A stretch of DNA of 64,000 nucleotides, taken from contig JAPPFB010000018.1 in the NCBI GenBank assembly GCA_028875225.1, positions 101,543 to 165,542 of the forward strand. The letters are read 5' to 3'. The notes under the pieces are model-generated. The model did not search any database. It was not told the origin of the DNA and saw nothing but the letters and a program-made list of their open reading frames with translations. The translations under genes and the position numbers were made by a program. Positions 46,655 through 56,698 of the stretch are shown here, piece after piece (the stretch's first letter is position 1; each line of letters begins with the position of its first letter). This DNA is from Chloroflexota bacterium. GTDB lineage: Bacteria; Chloroflexota; Dehalococcoidia; Bin125.

Positions 46655-47847
46655 GGCGCTCGCAAGTCAGGTGTCACGCTCAGGCGGTAATCCTCTCCGC
46701 CACGGTGAATGTGGACGATCACCGGGACGTTCGGCTGTAGCGTCGCCAATGCGTTCAGGTACGGCGTTTCGGCGTTGATCCGAATCCCGTTGAGTTCCCG
46801 CAACACATCGCCGGGACGGATTCCCGCGCGCGCAAAGGCGCCCAGACGCTGAATCTCGATCAAGAACGATCCCTCTGTGACCTCCAGATCAAGTTGCGCC
46901 GCGGCAGTCGGCGTGAGCAAGCGTTCATTGACGACGCCAAACGTCGGACGGGGATAGAAACCGTTCTCGGCGATTCCGCGCGCTACCTCCAGGACGGCGT
47001 CGATCTGAATCGCGAACCCCACGCCATCGACGAATTCACCGTCCCGTGTCTCCCGAGCGATCACGGCCGTCATGCCCACGATCTTCCCGTCCAGGTCAAC
47101 CAGCACGCCGCCGGAGTTGCCATGGTTGAGCGCCGCGTCGGTCTGGATGAGGTTGTCTTGCTCATATCGCTCGCGGAAAAACGTCGTGTCCGGATCGCTC
47201 ACGATTCCGACACTGATCGCAATCTCCTTACCCAGGATCGTATTGCCAAAGGCGACCACCGTCTCACCTGCTCGGACATCCGGGGAAGTCCGAAACCGGG
47301 GCACGACCAGACCGTCTCGCAGTTCTTCGGTCTCAATGCGCAACACAGCGACGTCCGAGAACGGAATGTCGTCGCCAAGCCGCTCGGCGGCCAGCGACTC
47401 GCCCGTTGGCAGAATGACCTGAAATCTGCTCATTCCTTCCAGGACGTGGGCGGCCGTAATGATGTGGCCGTCGGCATCGAGCACAAATCCCGTTGCCAAC
47501 GCCGCCGGAATCACGACGACCCCCTCATCATTGGTCCGTTCCGGACCCTCGGCGTCGATGATCACGACCGACTGGGAGATCTGCTCGTAGAGTTCGGCGA
47601 TCTGTGTCTGCCGGGCAATCGCCGAATCTTCTGTTCGGGCTGCCAGCTCGGACGTCGACTCCTGCATGGCCCGGTCAACGGCCCCGTCAACAGCCTGGTC
47701 CAGGGCCGCGTCCACCACAGTGGCGACGACCTCGCCTAACTCTTTGGGGGAAGTCTCGTTTCCGGTCGAGAGAATCGTTGCGACCAGGGCGCCGCAGATC
47801 GCGCCAACCAGTGCGGAAGCGATGACGATTGTGAAAGTGTGACGCAC
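46651..47847 (-). CDS. HtrA/DegP-family serine protease with PDZ domain
   Basis: Triad ITAAHV / DVAVLRI / GNSGGVLVD. The C-terminal PDZ carries GIRPGDVLRELNG. GTG start. Confidence 0.85.
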   Translation of the reverse strand: MRHTFTIVIASALVGAICGALVATILSTGNETSPKELGEVVATVVDAALDQAVDGAVDRAMQESTSELAARTEDSAIARQTQIAELYEQISQSVVIIDAEGPERTNDEGVVVIPAALATGFVLDADGHIITAAHVLEGMSRFQVILPTGESLAAERLGDDIPFSDVAVLRIETEELRDGLVVPRFRTSPDVRAGETVVAFGNTILGKEIAISVGIVSDPDTTFFRERYEQDNLIQTDAALNHGNSGGVLVDLDGKIVGMTAVIARETRDGEFVDGVGFAIQIDAVLEVARGIAENGFYPRPTFGVVNERLLTPTAAAQLDLEVTEGSFLIEIQRLGAFARAGIRPGDVLRELNGIRINAETPYLNALATLQPNVPVIVHIHRGGEDYRLSVTPDLRAP

Positions 47848-47955
47848 GCTACAGGGATGTCTCAGACATGAGACGATTTCTCATCCATTGGTGCTATCGT
47901 ACCGTGCCATAAAGTTGTACGACTATTCGTAGGAACGGACGCTCAGGCAACACTC

Positions 47956-48435
47956 GTGGTACTCAGAAGGTCTGTGCCCATCACTGCGGACGGCTTGCAG
48001 CGGCTGCGAGACGAGTTACTCACGCTCAAAGACCGCCGCCGCGAAGCTGCCGAACTGATCCAGCAATCTCGCGAGGACTCTCCCGGCGCCCGGGACGAGG
48101 GCGAGGGCACCGAAACCAAGAACGAGCAGGCCTTCATCGAAGGCCGAATCCGCGAGATCGAAGCGGTGATCTCGGCCGCCGAGGTGATTGACGAGCAGGA
48201 AATCGAAGGATCCGACGTGGTCCGGCTAGGTTCGACCGTCACCGTCCGACCGCTGCCCAAGCGAACCGACGTCAACTACCGGATCGTCGGACCTGCCGAA
48301 GTCGATCCGAAGAATGGATTCCTCTCCGACGAGTCGCCGGTCGGCAAGGCGCTGTTGGGCGCCAAAGTCGGTGACACCGTCGAAGTCGCCACGCCAACCG
48401 GTGTGCGCAAGTTCAAGGTCAAGGCCATTTCGTAG
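47956..48435 (+). CDS. greA: Transcription elongation factor GreA
   Basis: PITADGLQRLRDEL N-terminal coiled coil. C-terminal SDESPVGKALLGAKVGD.V.V..P. Confidence 0.85.
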   Translation: MVLRRSVPITADGLQRLRDELLTLKDRRREAAELIQQSREDSPGARDEGEGTETKNEQAFIEGRIREIEAVISAAEVIDEQEIEGSDVVRLGSTVTVRPLPKRTDVNYRIVGPAEVDPKNGFLSDESPVGKALLGAKVGDTVEVATPTGVRKFKVKAIS

Positions 48436-48492
48436 CTAATCGCGGTCTCCGGCTGAGCGGCAGGAGGCCGCAGCCAGAGGAACCTGCCCACA

Positions 48493-49998
48493 ATGACCGA
48501 GTCTCAACAACCAGGCTCCGACACTCGTTACCTTCGCGAGATCATCAGCGAGCGCCAGGCCAAGGCCGACACGCTGCGTACCGCCGGCGTCGATCCGTAT
48601 CCACCGCGAACCGGTCGCACACACCCAATCGGTGAGGCGCTGGAAGTCTTCCGCGCTCACGAGCAAACATCACCCGAGGCTGATGGCCCCGACGTCATTG
48701 TGGCGGGCCGGATCGCGGCGCTGCGCAACATGGGGCGGATTGCGTTTGTCGATCTTCAGGACGACACGGGTCAGATTCAGATTCTTGCGAGCAAGCGAGC
48801 GCTGGGCGAGGCCTGGAAACTGCTGGACGCCTTCGATCTTGGAGACTTTCTCGAAGCGTCGGGTCCGCTGATCCGCTCACGCCGAGGTGAGATCTCGGTT
48901 CAGGCCAACGCTGTCGCCATGCTCAGCAAGGCACTCCGACCGCCGCCAGAGAAGTATCACGGATTGCAGGACATTGAAACTCGCTATCGCCAGCGCTACC
49001 TGGACCTGATTGCCAATGATGAGGCCAAGGAACTGCTGCGGACGCGGTCGAGGATCGTCTCGGCGATGCGCCGCTTCATGGACGATCGCGGCTTCCTGGA
49101 GGTTGAGACACCGGTCCTGCAGTCGGAAGCCGGAGGCGCCGCCGCGCGGCCCTTCCTGACTCACCTGAACGCACTCGACGAGCCGCGGCAATTGCGGATC
49201 GCACTGGAACTGCACCTCAAGCGGCTGATCGTGGGCGGGTTCGACAGGGTCTACGAGATCGGTCGAATCTTCCGCAACGAGGGCATCGGCAACCGCTGGA
49301 ACCCCGAGTTCACGATGCTGGAGAGCTACGAGGCCTACGCCGACTACCACGGCGTCGCCGAGATGGTCGAAGCGGCTTTGGCATACATCGCTACCGAGGT
49401 AACCGGCTCAATGTGCGTGCCCTGGGGAGACGGCGAAATCGACTTCACTCCGCCCTTCGCGAGGGTGACGATGGTTGACGCCGTCAAGCAGCACGTCGGC
49501 GTGGACTTCCGCGACTATCCGACAATCGAGGCCATGGAAGGCCTGCTGCGCGAGAACGGCGTCGCGATTCCTCCCGATGCTGGTTGGGGCAAGCTCTTCG
49601 ACGAGCTTGTCTCGGAGCGCGTGGAGCCGCATCTGCAGCAGCCGACGTTCCTGCTCGACTATCCACTGGCGATCTCGCCATTGGCCAAGCGGACCGAGTA
49701 CGACGAGACCCTGGTCGAGCGGTTTGAGCTGTTCGTCGGTGGCTGGGAACTGGCCAACGCCTATACGGAACTCAACGATCCGGTCGACCAACGGCAGCGC
49801 TTTGAAGAACAACTCCGACTCAAGGACGCCGGCGACGACGAGGCGGAGTTGCTGGACGAGGATTTCATCATCGCGCTTGAGCACGGCATGCCGCCAACCG
49901 GCGGGCTGGGCATGGGTATGGATCGGCTGGCGATGCTGATGACCAACTCGCAGTCAATCCGCGACGTGATCCTGTTCCCGCTGATGCGCAAGCTCTGA
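48493..49998 (+). CDS. lysS: Lysine--tRNA ligase, class II
   Basis: RYRQRYLDLI, FLEVETPVL, YEIGRIFRNEG and GLGMGMDRL. Confidence 0.95.
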   Translation: MTESQQPGSDTRYLREIISERQAKADTLRTAGVDPYPPRTGRTHPIGEALEVFRAHEQTSPEADGPDVIVAGRIAALRNMGRIAFVDLQDDTGQIQILASKRALGEAWKLLDAFDLGDFLEASGPLIRSRRGEISVQANAVAMLSKALRPPPEKYHGLQDIETRYRQRYLDLIANDEAKELLRTRSRIVSAMRRFMDDRGFLEVETPVLQSEAGGAAARPFLTHLNALDEPRQLRIALELHLKRLIVGGFDRVYEIGRIFRNEGIGNRWNPEFTMLESYEAYADYHGVAEMVEAALAYIATEVTGSMCVPWGDGEIDFTPPFARVTMVDAVKQHVGVDFRDYPTIEAMEGLLRENGVAIPPDAGWGKLFDELVSERVEPHLQQPTFLLDYPLAISPLAKRTEYDETLVERFELFVGGWELANAYTELNDPVDQRQRFEEQLRLKDAGDDEAELLDEDFIIALEHGMPPTGGLGMGMDRLAMLMTNSQSIRDVILFPLMRKL

Positions 49999-50054
49999 CG
50001 GGCTCCAAGCCCAGGTCACGTAGACCAAAATCAGCCCTCAGATTCCGTCATTGC

Positions 50055-50152
50055 CGCGCCTGCCGCGGCAATCTCGCCATGATCTGCACTGACGTCCGTG
50101 CTGGAAGCGGCGAGATACCCGCGGCAAGCGCGGGTATGACGGAGGTTCCTGT
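50055..50152 (+). repeat. MITE/REP-like structured element R4, copy 3
   Basis: ccgtcattgccgcgcctgccgcggcaatctcg...gagatacccgcggcaagcgcgggtatgacgg. Confidence 0.85.
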
Positions 50153-50178
50153 CTCTCTTCCGCCTTTGTGAACTCGCT

Positions 50179-51468
50179 CTAGATCGAGTCGCGAGTGACG
50201 CCCAACTCGACGAATTCATCGATCTGCGCATCCGCGAATCCCAGCTGTCCCAGGATCTCGCGTGTCTCGCTGGCAAACGGCTTCGTCGCCGGCGGCTGCT
50301 GGAAGCCGTCCTGGTCCAATGCGACGGGCGGCGCGAGGATTCGCACCGGCCCGATCTGTGGATGTTCCAGGTCGTACAGCATGTCGTTGGCGGCGACCTG
50401 CGGATCGTCGAGAATCTCGAACGGCATCAGGACTCTCGACGCCGGGACGCCGGCCTCGGCGAGCAATGTCTCCCACTCGCTGGTCGGGCGCGATTGCATG
50501 ATCTCTTCCGCCGCCTCGCGCAGGCGCTCGTAGTGCTCTGCGTGGTGATTCGGATCGTCGCCCGTGTACTCGTCCTCCAGCCCGATCGCCAGGCTGAAGG
50601 CGGCGCGCAAGCGCGTGCTGCCGCAGGCCACGGCGAGCCAGCCGTCCGAGGTGGTGTAAGTGCGGAAATAGATGTCGGCCATGATCCGCGCCCGCGCCGA
50701 CGGTTGCGCCATGCGCTGCTCGGCATACGGCGCGCCGCGCGAGCGCATTTCTGCCAACTCCCGCCGCGACTCCTCGTGGATCGGACCGTCGGCCGATTCG
50801 ACCCGCAACATCTGGTTGTTGTTCAGCGTCATCGCCGCCTGCATCAGCGAGGCGTGGACTTCGCCGCCCTTGCCGGTCGTTGTGCGGCGAAAGAGCGCCG
50901 ACGCGATGCCAAAGGCGAGCGACATCGCGGCCATGTAGTCGGCGCTGACCGGGTCGCCGCTCAGTGGTCTCCCTTCGCCCTGCCGGCCGTTCGCGACCAT
51001 CAGTCCGCTGCGGGCCTGCACGACGATGTCCATGCCGGCTAGCCCGGCGTCGGGTCCGTAACGACCGAAGGGCGTCACGGTGGCGATGATCAGGCGTGGA
51101 TGCTTCTTCCGCAGGGTGTCGGCGTCGAGTCCGAGTTGAGCGGCCAGACCGGGGCGGAAGTTCATCAGCGCGACATCGGCGCGGCTGAGCAGCGCGTCGA
51201 TGATCTGCGGCGCCTGCTCGTGCCGAAGGTGAAGCGGCAGTGAGCGCTTGCCTCGATTGCGGGACAGGTAGATGCGTGATTCCATCGGGGCCAATTGCGC
51301 CAGACGACGGGTCGGATCGCCTTCCAGCGCCTCAATCTTGACGACCTCGGCGCCACCCTCCGACAGCAACTGCGCCGCGAATGGGACCGCCACGAACTGT
51401 CCGAACTCCACCACCCGAATACCATCGAACGGCTGCTCGCTGGCCAGATCGCGCGCATCAGTGGACAT
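50179..51468 (-). CDS. Family III CoA-transferase (divergent fifth copy)
   Basis: FDGIRVVEFGQFVAVPFAAQLLSEGGAEVVKIE and a C-terminal domain typical of CaiB/BaiF. Confidence 0.8.
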   Translation of the reverse strand: MSTDARDLASEQPFDGIRVVEFGQFVAVPFAAQLLSEGGAEVVKIEALEGDPTRRLAQLAPMESRIYLSRNRGKRSLPLHLRHEQAPQIIDALLSRADVALMNFRPGLAAQLGLDADTLRKKHPRLIIATVTPFGRYGPDAGLAGMDIVVQARSGLMVANGRQGEGRPLSGDPVSADYMAAMSLAFGIASALFRRTTTGKGGEVHASLMQAAMTLNNNQMLRVESADGPIHEESRRELAEMRSRGAPYAEQRMAQPSARARIMADIYFRTYTTSDGWLAVACGSTRLRAAFSLAIGLEDEYTGDDPNHHAEHYERLREAAEEIMQSRPTSEWETLLAEAGVPASRVLMPFEILDDPQVAANDMLYDLEHPQIGPVRILAPPVALDQDGFQQPPATKPFASETREILGQLGFADAQIDEFVELGVTRDSI

Positions 51469-51538
51469 CGGGCGCTCCCCTTCGTCATTCTCAGAGTGTC
51501 AGGCTTCGATTGGACGCTATCACTTGGACCCGATTGTG

Positions 51539-53983
51539 ATGACCGATCGATTCGCGCAGGTCGCAGTGCTCAACGGCAGCCCGCAGCGGGGCTCCTTCAC
51601 GTACGCCGTGCCATCAGGCATGGAATTGCGACGCGGTACGTCGGTCGTCGTCCCCTGGCGGACGCAATGGGCCATTGGGATCGTGTTGCGGGTTTCCACC
51701 GATTCGGAGGTCACTGAACCGCGCCGGATTTCGCACGTCCTCGATCCGGATCCGCTGATTTCGCATCGTCAACTGGATCTCGCCGAGTGGATCGCGTCGC
51801 GATACGTGGCGCCAATCTCCGCTTGCGTTTCGCTTTTCCTTCCGCCGGGTACTCCGTCACGGCCGCGCGGCCGCGCGGACGGATTTCGGCCGGTCGTTCC
51901 GTCGACTCCGAAGCTCTCGAAGCGGCTGGAACTTGACATAAGCGACCAGCAGCTTCGGGAAGTCGTTGCCGGCTGGCCAATGAGCAAGGCGTCCCGCCAG
52001 GCCAACCTGCTGTTGGCGCTGATCGAGACGCCGCTCGATCTCGACGAAGCAGCGCGGGTCATCGGCAGTAGCCGGGGGTTGGAGCGGTGGCTCGGCTCGA
52101 CGAGCATGGCAATCCGGGACGGAGACGCCGTCAGCCTCGCGATCGATCCCGTCCAGGCGCATGCGGTGGCCGATGCGCTCAGACGGACATCGGCCGAGCG
52201 CCGCCAACTGAGCTTGCTACGTCTGCTCGAAGCGGGGGAGCTGGATGAGATGGCGGCGCGGCGTGAGAGCGGTGCGAGGAAGCAGGATGTCGACGCGTTG
52301 GAGGCCCGGGGATACCTGAGGCGACAGGCAGCCTTCGAGCCGATTGAGCAGCGCGATCCCGTGGCTCCGGCTCGCTTGAGCGCCGACCAGGCCGATGCAG
52401 CGGATGCGATCGCATCCGCGCTGAGCGCGGACGGCGGCGAGACCTTCCTGTTGCACGGTGTGACCGGCAGCGGGAAGACCGAGGTCTACCTCGAGGTCAC
52501 GCAACGAGCGTTGGATTCCGGCGGTGGGGTGATCGTCCTGGTTCCCGAGATCTCGCTCGCGCCGCAGACGATCGCGCGGTTCGAGGCGCGATTCCCCGGA
52601 CAGATCGCAGTGCGTCATTCCCGCCTGTCTCGCCGGGAGGCGCGGGAGCAGTGGCGGCAGATCTACTCCAGGGAGAAGCGCATTCTGATCGGTGCGCGTT
52701 CGGCGTTGTTCGGCCCCGTCCCTGACCTGGCGTTGGTCGTTGTTGACGAGGAACACGAATGGACGTACAAGCAGCAGGATCCGCAGCCGCGCTATCGAGC
52801 AACCGACGTGGCGCGAGAGGTGGCGCGCTCATGGGGCGTCACAACGGTGCTGGGCTCGGCGACGCCCGACGTGGTCTCGATGGCGCGCGCCCGAGCCGGG
52901 CAAGACCGACTCTTGCGATTGCCGGATCGAGTGCGGTCGGGAGGCGTTGTTCCGGTGACGATCCCGCGGCCTGTTGTTGACGTCGTCGATATGCGCGAGG
53001 AGCTGGCGGCCGGCGTCCGTTCGGTGTTCAGCCGGGTATTGGACGCAGCAGTTTCAGAGGCGTTGTTGCGAGACGAGCAGGTGCTGCTGTTCCTGAATCG
53101 ACGCGGGATGTCGGCGCTGGTGTGCCGGGCCTGCGGCGAGGCGGTCGAGTGCTCGCAATGCTCGATCGCGTTGACACTGCATCGTCCGGGCCCGTACCTC
53201 CAGTGTCACGAGTGCGGCGAGCGGCAGCCGACGCCTGCTCGATGCCCGGCCTGTTGGGACGAGCGAATCGGCGCGATGAGTTTCGGCACGGCGCAGCTGG
53301 AGGCTGAAGTCCGGCGGCGCTGGGGCGAGGTGTCGATCACACGATGGGACCGCGACACGACGTCGGCGAGCAATTCGCACGAGGAGTTGCTGGAGGAGTT
53401 CGCCGCTGGGCGATCGAAGGTGTTGATCGGGACTCAGATGATCGCGAAGGGATTGGACCTGCCCAACGTGACCGTGGCAGGCGTGGTCAATGCGGACCTC
53501 TCGCTACGGGAATCGGAGTACACCGCGTCGGAGCGGACGTTCCAGTTGCTCTCACAGGTCGCGGGTCGCGCGGGGCGCGGATCGCTCGGTGGGCGGGTGA
53601 TCATCCAGACGTACGCTCCCGAGCATTTCGCCGTCGTCGCCGCGGCGGCGCATGACTACGACGCCTTCTACGAGCCGGAGATGCGGATGCGGTCGCAGTT
53701 GGACTATCCGCCCTACGGAAGATTGTCTCGTCTCACGGTGGCGCGATCCACCAGCGCCGAGGCCGACGCTGAGGCCGCGCGTGTGGTTGCAGAGTTGGCG
53801 GCGCTGCGCCATCACACTGTGGGCGCAGTGGCCGAGGTGATTGGCCCGGCGCCGGCGAGCCCGGCCAGGCGACGGGGGCAGTGGCGTCGGCAGATCCTGC
53901 TGAAGGGCGAGGACCCGGTGGCCCTCCTGTCGCGGATGGAGTTGGGACGCGGGTGGTCGATCGATGTCGATCCGGCCGGCTAG
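51539..53983 (+). CDS. priA: Primosomal protein N' (replication restart helicase PriA)
   Basis: ATG 51539. GVTGSGKTEVY, VVDEEHE and Cys-rich zinc region CRACGEAVECSQC...CHECG...CPAC. The track ORF upstream part overlaps the divergent gene. Confidence 0.9.
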   Translation: MTDRFAQVAVLNGSPQRGSFTYAVPSGMELRRGTSVVVPWRTQWAIGIVLRVSTDSEVTEPRRISHVLDPDPLISHRQLDLAEWIASRYVAPISACVSLFLPPGTPSRPRGRADGFRPVVPSTPKLSKRLELDISDQQLREVVAGWPMSKASRQANLLLALIETPLDLDEAARVIGSSRGLERWLGSTSMAIRDGDAVSLAIDPVQAHAVADALRRTSAERRQLSLLRLLEAGELDEMAARRESGARKQDVDALEARGYLRRQAAFEPIEQRDPVAPARLSADQADAADAIASALSADGGETFLLHGVTGSGKTEVYLEVTQRALDSGGGVIVLVPEISLAPQTIARFEARFPGQIAVRHSRLSRREAREQWRQIYSREKRILIGARSALFGPVPDLALVVVDEEHEWTYKQQDPQPRYRATDVAREVARSWGVTTVLGSATPDVVSMARARAGQDRLLRLPDRVRSGGVVPVTIPRPVVDVVDMREELAAGVRSVFSRVLDAAVSEALLRDEQVLLFLNRRGMSALVCRACGEAVECSQCSIALTLHRPGPYLQCHECGERQPTPARCPACWDERIGAMSFGTAQLEAEVRRRWGEVSITRWDRDTTSASNSHEELLEEFAAGRSKVLIGTQMIAKGLDLPNVTVAGVVNADLSLRESEYTASERTFQLLSQVAGRAGRGSLGGRVIIQTYAPEHFAVVAAAAHDYDAFYEPEMRMRSQLDYPPYGRLSRLTVARSTSAEADAEAARVVAELAALRHHTVGAVAEVIGPAPASPARRRGQWRRQILLKGEDPVALLSRMELGRGWSIDVDPAG

Positions 53984-54792
53984 AAGGCCTCGAAGGCGAC
54001 GCGGACGGCGGCGACCAGCATACCGATGGCCAACAGGCGGGAGAGCCAGGACTCGCGAATGCGCGATGCGACCATCAAACCAATCGGGTTGGCGATCATC
54101 GCTCCGATCAGCAGCGGCGGCACGTCGTTGAGCGGGTCGCCAAAATGCTGGGTCGCCGTGTGATAGATGACGACGACCAGGGCGATGCTGCTGACGATGG
54201 CGTGAGAAGCGGGGACTCCCAGCCAGGCGGGCATGCGCATGACTCGGATGGTGATGGTGGCGAAGAAGAGTCCGCCGCCGATGCCGGCGAGCGAAGTCAG
54301 GATCGATGTGGCGCCGATCACGGCGAGTGAGCGGCGGACGGGGATCCAGTAGAGGTAGAGCTCACCTCGTCGATCTCGGATCATTCTGCGCCAGCCCCGG
54401 CGGCCCAGCGTTCCCGCGTCGCCGGTGGGTCGCCAGATCAGATACGCGCCGAGTCCGGCCAGAAGGACGGTGAAGCCTCCGGCAAAGACTTCTCTGGGCA
54501 GCTCGGCCGTGCCGGTGGCTCCGATCAATCCGGCGGGCACGGCGATGGCGGCAGCCATGCCGACCGCGCGGTAGTCGATCCGCTTCTCGCGGGCGAGTCG
54601 CGCCGTTGCCAGGCCGGAAGACGCGACCACCAGGCACATGGAGGCGAGCGCAATCTCGGCCGGGCTGGCCTCAGCGTGGCGGGTCAGGAGGACCGGGGCG
54701 AACAGGAAGCCTCCCCCTGCGCCGACGGCGGTGGCGTAGACGCCGACGGCGATGCCCACGCCGATCAGCGCAACGAACTCAAGCCAGTCCAT
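53980..54792 (-). CDS. TauE/SafE-family anion exporter membrane protein
   Basis: 270 aa, polytopic, with two GxGGG-containing halves (VGAGGGFLF, AGIGGGLFF). Confidence 0.8.
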   Translation of the reverse strand: MDWLEFVALIGVGIAVGVYATAVGAGGGFLFAPVLLTRHAEASPAEIALASMCLVVASSGLATARLAREKRIDYRAVGMAAAIAVPAGLIGATGTAELPREVFAGGFTVLLAGLGAYLIWRPTGDAGTLGRRGWRRMIRDRRGELYLYWIPVRRSLAVIGATSILTSLAGIGGGLFFATITIRVMRMPAWLGVPASHAIVSSIALVVVIYHTATQHFGDPLNDVPPLLIGAMIANPIGLMVASRIRESWLSRLLAIGMLVAAVRVAFEAF

Positions 54793-54823
54793 TCCCTCAG
54801 GCTACGACCGAGTGTCATGCGGC

Positions 54824-55492
54824 CTACTGCTTGGGAATCTTGGGCAGCAGCCAGCTGAGGAAGGCGTCCTGGCTGCGGGTTTGCATGTAGAAGCGGCCGG
54901 GGCCTTCGAGCTTGCAGACGAGTCCTTCGCCGGAGAGCAGGGTCGTCTTCCAACCACCGGAGCGGCCGACGCTGTACCTGACCGAATCGTCGAAGGCGAC
55001 CATGTGACCGGTGTCGACGGTGTACTCCTCGCCGACGTTGAGTTCCTTGAGGTGGATGGCGCCGTAGCTGGAAAGGAAGAGCAGGCCGTGGCCGCTGCAG
55101 CGCAGGAGAATCAGGCCTTCGCCTGAGAAGAAGCCCTTCGCTCCTTGCCAGGATGTGTCGACCTCGATGTCGTTCGTGGCTGCGAGAAACGAGCCAGACT
55201 GCACGAGGACCGAGTTGCCGGTCATTTCGATCGCCTGGATGTCACCGGGGAGTCCCGGCGCGATGGTGACCTCGCCCGACTGTTCGGCGGTGAAGGTGTT
55301 GATGAAGAAGCTCTCGCCGCCGAGGACGGAGCGCTTGAGACCGCCGAGCAGACCACCGCGCATGCCGGTTTCGATGGACACGCTGGCCGACATCGAGACC
55401 ATCGCGCCGGCCTCGGCCTGGAGTTGTTCACCGGAGGCGAGTTGGATCTGGGCCAGAGCGTAGGAGGGCCGGTGGAGGATTTCGTATTGCAT
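54824..55492 (-). CDS. AIM24/TIGR00266-family protein
   Basis: MQYEILHRPSYALAQIQL..GEQLQAEAGAMVSMS... typical beta-rich AIM24 pattern. Confidence 0.75.
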   Translation of the reverse strand: MQYEILHRPSYALAQIQLASGEQLQAEAGAMVSMSASVSIETGMRGGLLGGLKRSVLGGESFFINTFTAEQSGEVTIAPGLPGDIQAIEMTGNSVLVQSGSFLAATNDIEVDTSWQGAKGFFSGEGLILLRCSGHGLLFLSSYGAIHLKELNVGEEYTVDTGHMVAFDDSVRYSVGRSGGWKTTLLSGEGLVCKLEGPGRFYMQTRSQDAFLSWLLPKIPKQ

Positions 55493-55626
55493 TGAGGGGA
55501 TCCTTTGGTGATGAGCGGAGTTGATTTCACTCTATGCGCATAGGTGGATGGCGGCCTGCGGTTGAGTTGATTGGGGCGCGGGCAGGGAGGAGGTGCGTGG
55601 ATCGATCGAGGACTGGGCCCCGCATC

Positions 55627-55737
55627 GAGTGCGGGGCGTCGGAATGGATTGGAGTGCGGGGCGTCGCAACGGGTCGGAGTGCGCGGCGTCGCAACGGGTG
55701 GGAGTGCGCGGCAGCGGGGATGGTGGGAGTTCCGTGG
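55627..55737. repeat. Tandem 25-bp repeat, four full units plus a partial one
   Basis: Units at 55627, 55652, 55677 and 55702 follow gagtgcgSggcgtcgSaaYgGRtYg, with no intervening spacers. Confidence 0.8.
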
Positions 55738-55745
55738 AACGGAAG

Positions 55746-56606
55746 CTAGCCGGTGTCGCGCATGAACTGTCGGATGGCGTCGAGGGTATCCGGGAGTTTC
55801 TCCGGTGAGCGGGCGTCGACGTCGAGGCAGCGAGCGTTGGGCGCTTCGTTGCAAATCCGGTGTCCGATCCCGGTGGGATGGAAGGGATCGGCGCCGGGGA
55901 TAACCAGCATGGGCGCATAGGTCCGATTGACGGCGACCTCGTTGACGGCGAAGAAGGGCGAGCCGGTGGGCCACATGCCGTCGCGGAATTCGACGACGAG
56001 CGCGATGTAGGCCTCCCGGCGCATGGTTCGCACGGCGTCGGCGAAGAGGGGATCGTCGTGGATCCGCTGGGCGAAGGGACCGGCCTCGTTGTTCTGCATG
56101 AAGATCGGGTCGCGCTGAGCGGACTCGATGACCGCCTCGAGCCCTTCGGCGCGGCAGAGGCGGATCGTGGGATTGAACATGTCGTAGAAGGTCTCGGGCG
56201 AGTTGGTCTCGTCCAGCCCGACCGGGTCCTGCATAATCAGGCTGGCGACGCGCGCGGGGGCCTGGTCGCCGAGGCGCAGGGCGTACGCGCAGCCGATGCA
56301 GCCGCCCATGACGTGGGCGCGTGGGATGTCGAGGTCGTTGAGCACGGCGATCTGGTCGAGCATGGCCGCCTCGTAGTGGAAGGGTTGGAGCGAGGTCTTG
56401 CTCCGGCCGCAGTGGCGTTGGTCCATGCCGATCACCGTGAACTCGTTGGAGAACGCCTCGATCGGATTGATGATCGACCGTTGCCAGAACTCGATCTGCG
56501 AGTTGACGCCGCCCGGAGCGAAGAGCAGGAGCGGCGTGCCGCCGTTCTCCTCCCCGAACACTTCGTAATGGATCGTGGTTCCGTCCGGACGCATCACTTC
56601 AGCCAT
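55746..56606 (-). CDS. Alpha/beta-hydrolase with Cys in the nucleophile elbow
   Basis: ATG 56606 after AAGGAA. LLLFAPGG. The elbow reads GGCIG instead of GxSxG. Confidence 0.7.
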   Translation of the reverse strand: MAEVMRPDGTTIHYEVFGEENGGTPLLLFAPGGVNSQIEFWQRSIINPIEAFSNEFTVIGMDQRHCGRSKTSLQPFHYEAAMLDQIAVLNDLDIPRAHVMGGCIGCAYALRLGDQAPARVASLIMQDPVGLDETNSPETFYDMFNPTIRLCRAEGLEAVIESAQRDPIFMQNNEAGPFAQRIHDDPLFADAVRTMRREAYIALVVEFRDGMWPTGSPFFAVNEVAVNRTYAPMLVIPGADPFHPTGIGHRICNEAPNARCLDVDARSPEKLPDTLDAIRQFMRDTG

Positions 56607-56698
56607 CGCCCCGTTCCTTTCAAGCGGGGTCAGTCTATCGGCAGGGCGTCCCGTCATTTCGATAGCCTTGGCGCAGCCCGGAATGGACAGGATTTCTC

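Noticed and set aside
55627-55737. Possible CRISPR array
   Set aside because: The units are directly tandem with no unique spacers, are only 25 bp long, and no cas genes are present in the window.
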